The notes under the pieces are model-generated. The model saw nothing but the letters and a program-made list of their open reading frames with translations, had not been told where the DNA came from and made no database searches. The position numbers and the translations under genes were made by a program. This document shows positions 46,860 through 55,445 of a stretch of 64,000 bases of DNA, piece by piece (the stretch's first letter is position 1; each line of letters starts with the position of its first letter). This DNA is from a virus (taxonomy: Duplodnaviria > Caudoviricetes), in IMG/VR virus record IMGVR_UViG_3300023174_003901, positions 128,001-192,000 of that record. One strand, written 5' to 3'.

Positions 46860-47569
46860 GCTGTACTTAAATGCTTTTGATGGTGTTGTAAATTTTTTCT
46901 GTTACGATCAACAAGTGCGTCCAACAACACAAGATTGGGTGATATTTCCAATTGATTGCACAGTTGTTTGTATGCTGCCAGAGTCCCGGTAAAATCAACA
47001 AAAAAATCTCCATACATTATTTCTAAATCTGCGCTGGGCAAATGCTTTGATTCGGCGCTTGATGTAGTTGGAACAAGTTCACTATAGGTTAATTTTCCTT
47101 GTTTGAACAAATTCAAACAATGTTTGCGTTTTTCTTTGCCTTGGTTGCCTAGCATGAACTTAATTTCAGCAAAGTCGTTGGGCCCCAACACACGATCAAG
47201 TATTTTTCTTTTGAAATCTTCAGCAATTTGAAATTCATACCCTTCACAGTTGATGCGTATAAATCTTGCCTGATTGATTTTTTTTAATATGTCTACATGT
47301 TCGGGCCATTTATACAAATGATAAGGAATACAGATGTGTTGAATATTGTGTTCACTGCAGAGATTGTTAAAATTCAACAAATATTCAGTAAAGTTTATTT
47401 GCCAATCAGGCGTGATTAAACTGTGAGAATTCAACCATTTTTGCAAATAGTTAGGATCATCCTGTGTGTTGATTTCTAACTGTTGTCCAAAATGTGCAGA
47501 CAACCAACTGGCTATGAATTCCCCGCCTGCACCTTCCTGATAATCAATTACAATTAGTTGTTTGAGCAT
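46856..47569 (-). CDS. sulfotransferase-like P-loop hypothetical protein
   Basis: IDYQEGAGGEFIASWL start; family resemblance only. Confidence 0.45.
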   Translation of the reverse strand: MLKQLIVIDYQEGAGGEFIASWLSAHFGQQLEINTQDDPNYLQKWLNSHSLITPDWQINFTEYLLNFNNLCSEHNIQHICIPYHLYKWPEHVDILKKINQARFIRINCEGYEFQIAEDFKRKILDRVLGPNDFAEIKFMLGNQGKEKRKHCLNLFKQGKLTYSELVPTTSSAESKHLPSADLEIMYGDFFVDFTGTLAAYKQLCNQLEISPNLVLLDALVDRNRKNLQHHQKHLSTA

Positions 47570-48119
47570 GACTTAACGATTTTATTGTTTTGGCCCAGAT
47601 CTTGTGAGTGTTTGGTCCTGGGTGAGTACCTGAAACATCTTGATCACACGATGGCATGAGATTGATAGCCTTGGATCGCGATTGTCCAGAACTGATATGC
47701 AAACAACCAGGTGCCAGGATTTTGACCTGTTGAATCAGTGCATCAACATCTTCTTGATCTCGATCAATCCAAAAAAATACAATACGAGTTGTTGGTGTGT
47801 AGCATGTTGATTCAACAAAATTTGACAAGTTGGTCACACTGTGATGATTCATGTAATTGCCCGACAATCCATAATTTTGACTGCGTTCAAACTGTGATGT
47901 CAATATATCCAATTCGGCAACACCAGTTCCAAACACAATGCTGTTGCCAAAAAATGCCCAATCTGCTGGCCAATTGTAGTTTTGACTATGCCGATACCCT
48001 TGATTATTAAATCGATATTCAATCAACCCAGTGGAATCTTTACCCCATGCACGTACAGTCTGACCACGATGGTTCCATGCTGGTTGATAACAGTTGTTAA
48101 TTGATTTGTCCAAGTTCAA
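47544..48119 (-). CDS. SGNH-like hypothetical protein
   Basis: FNNQGYR, FFGNSIVFG, HPGPNTH. Confidence 0.55.
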   Translation of the reverse strand: MNLDKSINNCYQPAWNHRGQTVRAWGKDSTGLIEYRFNNQGYRHSQNYNWPADWAFFGNSIVFGTGVAELDILTSQFERSQNYGLSGNYMNHHSVTNLSNFVESTCYTPTTRIVFFWIDRDQEDVDALIQQVKILAPGCLHISSGQSRSKAINLMPSCDQDVSGTHPGPNTHKIWAKTIKSLSHAQTTNCN

Positions 48120-49020
48120 TCAAGGTAGCACTCAAGTTGATCTCTTGATCAGCCACTAGAGGAATTTTAGCAATGCCATCACGAATGATCACAATGGCTT
48201 GATCCTGCTGTTCAGGGGTCTTTCCAAACAAGTCCAAGTTGTTGTACATCCATGTGAATATTTCATTGGCTTCTTCCGGCGTGGAACTTTGACACATGAG
48301 TGTTCTTGCGTCGCGAACTCTGCCTTGTTTGAACAGGTCCACACACTCCAGTCGCCAGTCGCCCATGCTCTTGTCCGCGGCCTTGGGTGCAATCAATTGT
48401 CCTGACTGGCTGTTGGGCTGTAACAAGTTCAGGCACTTGCGTAGATCTGGGTACGTGGCCTTGACATAGGTGTCCAGCACATCAAGATCAAACTCCACAC
48501 CTTCTGTGACCAGCACAGTTGCGGCTCTGGCAGTGAACTCTGTGTGATCAGTTTTGGCAATGTGAAACCCTTGGCAACGTGAGTGCAAAGGTGGAATAAT
48601 CTTTGATGGATAGTTGCAAGTGAGAATGAAACGAACAGTTTGGCTATAGTCTTCCATCAAGTTGCGAAGTGCTGGTTGAACTGTGTTTACTCCTAGATAA
48701 TCAGCCTCATCTACCAGCACAATTTTTAATTCACCAAACGGCATGGTCTGACAGAATGATATCAATTTGTCTACCCAGGCAATCACACGACCTTCTTTGG
48801 AACCATTGGCATACATCACATCATATTCATCCACACCCAGTTGATTGATCAGCAGTTTGGCCAAGGTTGTTTTGCCTGTGCCTGCTGGACCCGACAACAA
48901 CAGATGCGGAATACTTTTATCTTGAATCCATTGCTCAACTTGTTCACGTTGTGCATCGTCCACAAACACATAGCCATCTACAGTTTTTGGCCTATACTTT
49001 TCTACCCATAGTTCTTTCAT
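48097..49020 (-). CDS. clamp loader AAA+ subunit (RFC small subunit / gp44-like)
   Basis: LWVEKYRPK, GPAGTGKTT, LVDEADYL, LHSRCQ, PDLRK. Confidence 0.92.
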   Translation of the reverse strand: MKELWVEKYRPKTVDGYVFVDDAQREQVEQWIQDKSIPHLLLSGPAGTGKTTLAKLLINQLGVDEYDVMYANGSKEGRVIAWVDKLISFCQTMPFGELKIVLVDEADYLGVNTVQPALRNLMEDYSQTVRFILTCNYPSKIIPPLHSRCQGFHIAKTDHTEFTARAATVLVTEGVEFDLDVLDTYVKATYPDLRKCLNLLQPNSQSGQLIAPKAADKSMGDWRLECVDLFKQGRVRDARTLMCQSSTPEEANEIFTWMYNNLDLFGKTPEQQDQAIVIIRDGIAKIPLVADQEINLSATLIELGQIN

Positions 49021-49493
49021 TGCTTCAATGCCTTTATTGTTTCTGCTGCCACTACTCTTTTACGTAAACTTGAACTGGAGAACGAATGATCTCTGCCGTT
49101 GAACACCAGTTCAATCCCGCGCATGCCACATTCCTCATAGCCAGAAAAGTTTTGGTGTTGATATTCCACACCCAGCACACGAACATCAACTGGCAGGATC
49201 AGCAACAAGTCCACAAGATCTTGTTCGGTTTGGTATACAACAACTTCATCAACGTAACGGCATGCGGCCAACTGTATCTGTCGCTCAACAATACTTTGTA
49301 TAGGGCGATTTTTGGTGTCTGGCCGATCGATAGTTGGGTCCGTTTGTAACCCACAGATCAGATAGTCACAATGATTCTTGGCTTCACTCAGCATGGCAAT
49401 GTGGCCTGCATGTGGGCCCATGTCAAAGGTTGAGAAAGTAATGCCAATGCGCTTACCTTCTGATTTGAGTTGTTTGATGTGGTTGAATATCAT
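49017..49493 (-). CDS. glycerol-3-phosphate cytidylyltransferase-like (TagD/RfaE-II family)
   Basis: TFSTFDMGPHAGH, YVDEVV, RDHSFSSSSLR. Confidence 0.85.
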   Translation of the reverse strand: MIFNHIKQLKSEGKRIGITFSTFDMGPHAGHIAMLSEAKNHCDYLICGLQTDPTIDRPDTKNRPIQSIVERQIQLAACRYVDEVVVYQTEQDLVDLLLILPVDVRVLGVEYQHQNFSGYEECGMRGIELVFNGRDHSFSSSSLRKRVVAAETIKALKQ

Positions 49494-49720
49494 TTTTTAA
49501 GTATGTTGACAATGCATTCTGCTTCTTGTTCGCGAAGCCATTCCTCTTCACCAGCAAAGCCTGACGTCTTTTTCAGCATCTCGTCTACAGCAAATTTTAC
49601 ACGATACAAGTCTTGTTTGCAAGGCCAATTGACATAACCCGTCATGTAAGGGTCGTTGGCACCACGGTACATCTTTTGGCATTCGCCAATGACGTTTTTT
49701 ACATTCCAATCTATAATCAA
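49490..49720 (-). CDS. small hypothetical protein
   Basis: 76 aa, coupled to neighbours. Confidence 0.55.
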   Translation of the reverse strand: MIIDWNVKNVIGECQKMYRGANDPYMTGYVNWPCKQDLYRVKFAVDEMLKKTSGFAGEEEWLREQEAECIVNILKK

Positions 49721-50118
49721 TTGTGTTGCATCCAGTCTGGCTTGGCTTCCACATGAATGGCCGTGCTAAAAGTTTCGTCTTTGGGCTCTTCGTCTGTTTG
49801 TATCAGTATGTCTTTGGGGTCAACTCGGCGTAGTGTTTGTTTGCCGTTTTCATCTTCGATATCGATACCACGTGTCCAACGACCGTGTGCAATACACACC
49901 CATTCGCCTACCCGGACATCATGTTGTTCTGGACCCACAGCATACACCTGTCCCCAGCGTGGACGAATACCTGTGCTCTTGCCGTTGTCGTTGAGCAACA
50001 CAATACCACCTGTGGTAAAGCGTTGGTCAAATGTCATTTCTCCCACGATAACTGAGTCGTTTAAGGGACGCAGTTGATCTCGGGTGATCTGATGTGCTTG
50101 ATATGCTAATTTTGTCAT
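49717..50118 (-). CDS. GroES-like co-chaperonin (gp31 analogue)
   Basis: LRPLNDSVIV, TTGGIVL, GQVYAVGP, VRVGEWV. Confidence 0.8.
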   Translation of the reverse strand: MTKLAYQAHQITRDQLRPLNDSVIVGEMTFDQRFTTGGIVLLNDNGKSTGIRPRWGQVYAVGPEQHDVRVGEWVCIAHGRWTRGIDIEDENGKQTLRRVDPKDILIQTDEEPKDETFSTAIHVEAKPDWMQHN

Positions 50119-50519
50119 TCTTGATCCTTGAGTTTTTCTGCACGAGCCATGGCAGCCGCCAGACCCTGTGTGGGTGCATCGCCCTTGAGTTCTACCTTTT
50201 CCCCACGTTCCATGGCTTCACGCTTGGCCTGGCGTTGCTGGCGATCCTGTTCCAGTTGTTCTGCTTCAGTCAACTTTGGTTCTGGAGTTGGATTACGATT
50301 GCTTGTGGGTATTGGTCCTGCGTTGGCATTGGTTTGACGATTGAGATTTCGGTTTACTTGTTGGCCACGAGTGGCCACAACATGTCCGTGATTGTCAATA
50401 ATATCACCACGTGCGTTGGCTTTCATGTTGCCCACAGCACGAACATTTTCGTTTTGTACCATCATGGCACCCAGGTCCACAATCTTGCCTTGTGCAGTTC
50501 GATAGGTTTTTTGTGTCAT
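50115..50519 (-). CDS. hypothetical late protein
   Basis: TAAATA and AAGGAG upstream. Confidence 0.6.
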   Translation of the reverse strand: MTQKTYRTAQGKIVDLGAMMVQNENVRAVGNMKANARGDIIDNHGHVVATRGQQVNRNLNRQTNANAGPIPTSNRNPTPEPKLTEAEQLEQDRQQRQAKREAMERGEKVELKGDAPTQGLAAAMARAEKLKDQE

Positions 50520-50541
50520 TGTTTTTCTCCTTGATTTTTAT

Positions 50542-51069
50542 TTAACGCAGGAACTCTGCAGGATCTAATTCATAGTATAAACTGTCAATTCTGTGTACGC
50601 CCAACAGGTATAACACATAACTGGCCACACTAGATCCTCGACCCACGCCCCATATCACATGATTTTGTTTCATAACGTCCACTAGATACTTCAAGTAACG
50701 CAAAAGATCAAACAGGCCACGCTCTTGATACTGTAACAGTTCTGCACCACAGCGTTGTAGTTGTGCTTCTGTAGCACAAAGTTTCAGCACATGTTCTGCA
50801 ATGTCCAACGTCCGGTATTCTTCGGGCATGTGCCATGTGCTTTGTTGCATGTGATCAAACACTGCTTGAGCATCCGGTTCTGACCAGTGTGTGAAATCAG
50901 GCACATGCTCCAACCAAAAGGCCGCGGCTTCTATGTCCACGGAATCGTCTACCAGGGTGCCGCCCACACTTTCGAGATCACGCCCTTGCATGACCAAGTT
51001 GATTAGATCTGCTTCACCTAGTACAATTTGTCCTACACTATCAGTTTTCATCGGGCCCAAACTTTGCAA
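50542..51069 (-). CDS. stand-alone fragment of DNA polymerase III alpha (DnaE)
   Basis: RCGAELLQYQERG...YLKYLVDVMKQNHVIWGVGRGSSVASYVLYLLGVHRID; stops before the catalytic PDxDxD. Confidence 0.75.
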   Translation of the reverse strand: MQSLGPMKTDSVGQIVLGEADLINLVMQGRDLESVGGTLVDDSVDIEAAAFWLEHVPDFTHWSEPDAQAVFDHMQQSTWHMPEEYRTLDIAEHVLKLCATEAQLQRCGAELLQYQERGLFDLLRYLKYLVDVMKQNHVIWGVGRGSSVASYVLYLLGVHRIDSLYYELDPAEFLR

Positions 51070-51655
51070 ATACCACGGTGTTGCCAGTGTTGCCAGTGTT
51101 GTCGGTGGGTTCTACATCTGACCATTCCAGTTCAAGATCCTGCCAACTCAGTGTTCTACTGAGTTTGACCACATGTTTCTTACTAGCAGAGGATTTGAAA
51201 TCGGAATGCACGGGTGTGTGATCCTGCCACCAGCCCGGTTGTGCCATAGGGCCTGCGCTTTCACGGTCACTGTGCAGGTATCGCACATTATCCCCCAAAT
51301 CACTTTGTATGGTCACACCGTTCACAAACATTCGCTCCTGCAATATAGCATTGAGTTTGCAGTATAACGCAATACCAATGATCTGGTCAATGGGTTGTTC
51401 AGGCATGGTGGTTACTTTGATTCCGGCCGAAGTCAGTGCTTGGATCTGCGTGACATCATTTTGATGAATGTACACAGTATTGGCCATTTCGTTGTAGACA
51501 AAGTGATTGAGTCTATTCAGACTGACCACATGATCATCTGCGTTGGAAGTATTGGTTGTGATGGCCAATTCTATGTTGTAACTGTTGATCTGTAGACAGT
51601 TTTCAAACCAGATGGCGGCACGCCATTGCATGTCATATTCTAATCTTACGTTCAT
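51041..51655 (-). CDS. hypothetical protein
   Basis: 204 aa in an early operon. Confidence 0.6.
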   Translation of the reverse strand: MNVRLEYDMQWRAAIWFENCLQINSYNIELAITTNTSNADDHVVSLNRLNHFVYNEMANTVYIHQNDVTQIQALTSAGIKVTTMPEQPIDQIIGIALYCKLNAILQERMFVNGVTIQSDLGDNVRYLHSDRESAGPMAQPGWWQDHTPVHSDFKSSASKKHVVKLSRTLSWQDLELEWSDVEPTDNTGNTGNTVVFAKFGPDEN

Positions 51656-51888
51656 GATATATCAATCTTGGAATTAAAAGGATCTTCCCCGTCTTTGGGT
51701 CGGTAAAGTTCGGCTGTTTTTTCTTGTTGTTTGGTTGTGTAACTGCTCAGGGCCATTCGTATTTGATCACAGAGGTAGGGATTACCAGACCGCATGGCAA
51801 TGCCCAATTTTTTATGAAGTTCGGAAATTTTCGACCCCAGTTGTTCCAGGGTCAAACCATCTAGATCATTGATGAATGGATGTTCCAT
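51652..51888 (-). CDS. small hypothetical protein
   Basis: AAGGAG RBS; sigma70 promoter upstream. Confidence 0.65.
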   Translation of the reverse strand: MEHPFINDLDGLTLEQLGSKISELHKKLGIAMRSGNPYLCDQIRMALSSYTTKQQEKTAELYRPKDGEDPFNSKIDIS

Positions 51889-51906
51889 GTTACTCCTTGT
51901 GTGTAG

Positions 51907-51935
51907 AGTATACAGGAATTACAGTGGCCTGTCAA
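51907..51935 (-). promoter_or_regulatory. sigma70-type promoter
   Basis: Minus strand TTGACA-17 nt-TATACT. Confidence 0.8.
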
Positions 51936-51941
51936 TACCTG

Positions 51942-52823
51942 TTAGGCAAATGCTACACCATTGGCGCCGATGGCAAACCATTTGGCATTGATGTACATCA
52001 AGGTACAAGCATCACCAATGTCATTGAACGTAATTGTTCCTGAACCGCTTGATTTCCAGCCGGCATTTGAAACAGTGATCACCATGTCTCCAGAATCAGC
52101 ATACATGGCAAACACTTTGATTTGTCCTGCAACTCCGGCTGCCAGCGTGGCAGTTTCTGAGGTAGAAGTTGAAAAATAACTGGTAGTTTTGCCCAAACTG
52201 GCGGCAGCACTTGCAGCCAAATCTTCAGAACTGGGCAAGTACAATGGATCTCTGTTGCGGTTAAGATCAACAATGCTGATTGCGGAACCACCATTAACCG
52301 TGGTAAATTCAAATATGAAGGTTCCTGTAGTACTGAAGGTGATTATGTTTGAGGCATAACCTTGCAAGTTTGCAGTACCAATAGACACAGCGGCTGGCAG
52401 TGTTAGCGTATGTGCTGTGCTGGCCACGGTGATCCGCAACACAATTGAAGCCGCCACGCCCGAGGCAGGAAAGTTAGTAAATCCCAGTGTGACTGAACCC
52501 GATGTGGTTAGAGTTTGATAAGAGCCGTTGTCCCAATCCAGTGTAACTGTACCTGATGTGGTACCCAACGGATTGACCGCTCCAGCAACTTGACTAGCCT
52601 CAAAGTTGTACAACAAACTCCCGTTCATGTTGTTGTCCAAAGTGGTTCCGGTCAACGCGGCTTTCAGCACAGCATTATTTTGCAGATCAGTAATTTCATC
52701 GGCTGCATATTGAAAGTTGGTTGAGGTATTGGTAAAATTGTCACGAAAGCCTTGGCTGTCGTTGTCTTGCCCGGCTACTGGATAAGCGCCGTCAATGTCG
52801 TTTGGGTTAATTTGGCTGGTCAT
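51942..52823 (-). CDS. virion structural protein (baseplate/tail-associated)
   Basis: N-terminal DGAYPVAGQDNDSQGFRDNF resembles a baseplate-docking segment; T/S/G-rich beta domains. Confidence 0.6.
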   Translation of the reverse strand: MTSQINPNDIDGAYPVAGQDNDSQGFRDNFTNTSTNFQYAADEITDLQNNAVLKAALTGTTLDNNMNGSLLYNFEASQVAGAVNPLGTTSGTVTLDWDNGSYQTLTTSGSVTLGFTNFPASGVAASIVLRITVASTAHTLTLPAAVSIGTANLQGYASNIITFSTTGTFIFEFTTVNGGSAISIVDLNRNRDPLYLPSSEDLAASAAASLGKTTSYFSTSTSETATLAAGVAGQIKVFAMYADSGDMVITVSNAGWKSSGSGTITFNDIGDACTLMYINAKWFAIGANGVAFA

Positions 52824-52835
52824 TTTTTTTCCTTG

Positions 52836-55445
52836 TTACACTAATATATTCCGTCTGGGAAACACAAGATATTTATCGTAAACGTCTGTGCTGGAGTACA
52901 TATCTACTGGTGCTTCAAATCTCATACTTGAAGCATCAAATGTGGTTATTTCACCGCTGGCTACCACAAAGTTAAACGTGGCTCCTGTGCCCGATCCAGT
53001 AATATCAGTTCCTGAAATACCGGTATAAGTGTCACCGCTAGAGAAACGTGGTGCTTGACCTTGCAAGGTTACCAAGGTTATGTTCCCAGTATTGCCCACA
53101 TCTTGCACTCTAATTGTGATGTCATTGATGCCATCATCTCCCCCAACTTGGGATCCTAAAATTAAAATTTCATCACCGGGATAAACAATTATTCCGGTTG
53201 TACTACGCTCAATACCACGATATCCAGTTCCGCCACCGCCTCCAATGGCAGTGACCTGGTAGTGCAAGAGCAAATCAAATGTGGTTGAATTTGGCACAAA
53301 AGGAGGTTGAGAACTGACCCATCGTTGAACAGTTGGGTTCCAATTCTTGGTCAACAATCGATCCAGTTCATAGCGATCAACTTTGAAGTCTACCCGGTTC
53401 AGTTGATCTCCATACTGCTGGGCTATGTTGTAGGCCACTTGTCCAGACTTACCGGGCATGCAATAACAAATTACCCAGGCAGGAGTAAAGCCCAGTACTC
53501 GCCCGTTTGCCTGTTTGCTCAACATCCAACGTGGCAACAGTTTTGAAATTTGTCCCACGGTATCAATCACTTGGTCTCGCATGTTGATCAGGCTATTGGG
53601 ATACACTGTGGCAATTTCTGTAGAGTCAAATTGATTGATTGGATAGGGCAAGGTCACACTCTTGCTCACGCTTTGTCCTGAATTGTTCACTAGATCATCA
53701 ATGATACTGCTATACACCACTTCATACAATACATTGCCTGCATCATCAAGTGCCCGTGCTGTTTGAATTGACCCCAGCACAAGATTTTTCCAGTAGTGAT
53801 TGATTACCAAACTACTGACATAGGCTTCGTAGGTGGCCGCAGTAAGTCCATAGGCATGTTCATATATCACATTCTTGGCAATGCCAAAGTTGGGATCATC
53901 AATACGATACACCAGATCAACTGGAATAATATCTTGATTCTGAATCAACTGATTGATCAAATCTCTGTCTGCTTGTGGGGGCATGCATTTGATGTAGAGA
54001 TTTTCGTAGGGTTCGTTGTACTCTCGTAACACAGTTATGGAGAACGTTTTAAACACACTGATCAAGCCATCTTGACTGTAGGCGTTTACTGTGAATGTGT
54101 ATACGGAATCAAATGTTGTGGTGCCTTGGTCAAATGTTGTGGTTCCAAGATCCACAGCAAAGGTGTTGAAACTCACACGTCCTGCAATGTCTCCTGATGA
54201 CAACAACTGTAGGCCTTGTGGCAACTTGTTGTACACACCAATGTTAGGGGAGGGATATGATCCTGGCATGAGACGATACTGCAAAAGTCGCCCACCCAAG
54301 GTATTGACTGCTGCCACATATAATGTACTGGTGCTGCCATTGATGATAGTGCCAAGATCGGCGGCGGTCAACCAGGTAACATCGGTGTTGACTTGTCCAA
54401 CCAGAGTCAGTGAGAACGTATAATTTTCACTGCGATATTGTGGGTAAGCGGCTTTTCTTACATAGATTTCGAAATTGTAGATATTTTCTGTGGCACCTTG
54501 ATAGGGCAGGTAACCATATAACCAACCGGTTTGCAGATCAAGAGTGGTACCAGGCGGCAATGCACTTGTGGATCCATCAGTTTGATATTCTAAATATTCA
54601 ATAGCATCGCTATCGAAGTCTAGGCCAATAAACTGATAGGCCCAGAAATTGTCACTACGAACTTGTCCCAAGTCGCTGGGCTCAGAGTTGACCAAGAATG
54701 GTAGATATACATTGGTTTCATCGGCAGTGACAAAAGTGTTGTCTGCTGTGATATCTATTGTGTCAGCCGTTAATGAACTACGGCTATAAACATAAATCTC
54801 AAATGTGCGTATGTTTGTTTCTCTACCATCATTGAGTTCCAGTGTAAATTGATAGTTGGTATTGAGACTATTGGTAGCAAAATCAAATGGGTATTGATCA
54901 AAAGGTGTGGCATCAAACCCTGGGGTTTGTTCAACAGGAACCAATGGCACAATGTATCCTGTGATCAAACCGGTTGGGCTTAAACTTAGTCCTGGAGGTA
55001 ATGTACCGGCAGCCAATGATATCACAACATTGTCTCCAGGATTGGGATCGGATATTTCAATTTGAATGGGAGCAATAGGTGCGCCGTCGTAGAATGTACC
55101 CACATTGCCTGCTGGAGTTACAAATACCGGAGGCACCTGTGACAGCACAGTAAAATCAAATGTTCTATCGGCAAAACGTGGCGGAATTGAGTTGCTACTT
55201 GCTCTAATCACAAATCGACTGTCAACATTGTTTATACCGTTGATAACATAAGGTATACCTTTTAATAGGCCACTTGTGGTACATTGTATACCTAAGGGCA
55301 AAGCACCTGCAATTGCTCTATAGGTCACTGCGGTAGGATCAAACGGATCAGCAGGATCTGTTGCTACCAATTGAATTTGGTAGAACTCACCTTCGGGTAT
55401 GGTACCCAAGTGGCCTGCGGCAGTTTGCCACTGTGGCTGTGCCAT
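52836..55445 (-). CDS. baseplate wedge-like protein with putative Ig-like (He_PIG) repeats
   Basis: Repeated GALPLGI...SGLLKG / GTLPPGLSLSPTGLITG / KLPQGLQLLSSGDIAG. Confidence 0.65.
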   Translation of the reverse strand: MAQPQWQTAAGHLGTIPEGEFYQIQLVATDPADPFDPTAVTYRAIAGALPLGIQCTTSGLLKGIPYVINGINNVDSRFVIRASSNSIPPRFADRTFDFTVLSQVPPVFVTPAGNVGTFYDGAPIAPIQIEISDPNPGDNVVISLAAGTLPPGLSLSPTGLITGYIVPLVPVEQTPGFDATPFDQYPFDFATNSLNTNYQFTLELNDGRETNIRTFEIYVYSRSSLTADTIDITADNTFVTADETNVYLPFLVNSEPSDLGQVRSDNFWAYQFIGLDFDSDAIEYLEYQTDGSTSALPPGTTLDLQTGWLYGYLPYQGATENIYNFEIYVRKAAYPQYRSENYTFSLTLVGQVNTDVTWLTAADLGTIINGSTSTLYVAAVNTLGGRLLQYRLMPGSYPSPNIGVYNKLPQGLQLLSSGDIAGRVSFNTFAVDLGTTTFDQGTTTFDSVYTFTVNAYSQDGLISVFKTFSITVLREYNEPYENLYIKCMPPQADRDLINQLIQNQDIIPVDLVYRIDDPNFGIAKNVIYEHAYGLTAATYEAYVSSLVINHYWKNLVLGSIQTARALDDAGNVLYEVVYSSIIDDLVNNSGQSVSKSVTLPYPINQFDSTEIATVYPNSLINMRDQVIDTVGQISKLLPRWMLSKQANGRVLGFTPAWVICYCMPGKSGQVAYNIAQQYGDQLNRVDFKVDRYELDRLLTKNWNPTVQRWVSSQPPFVPNSTTFDLLLHYQVTAIGGGGGTGYRGIERSTTGIIVYPGDEILILGSQVGGDDGINDITIRVQDVGNTGNITLVTLQGQAPRFSSGDTYTGISGTDITGSGTGATFNFVVASGEITTFDASSMRFEAPVDMYSSTDVYDKYLVFPRRNILV

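Noticed and set aside
51041-51655. Possible second QueD/T-fold protein
   Set aside because: Only a vague beta-strand pattern; the HGH/HRH metal ligands and Glu motif are absent.
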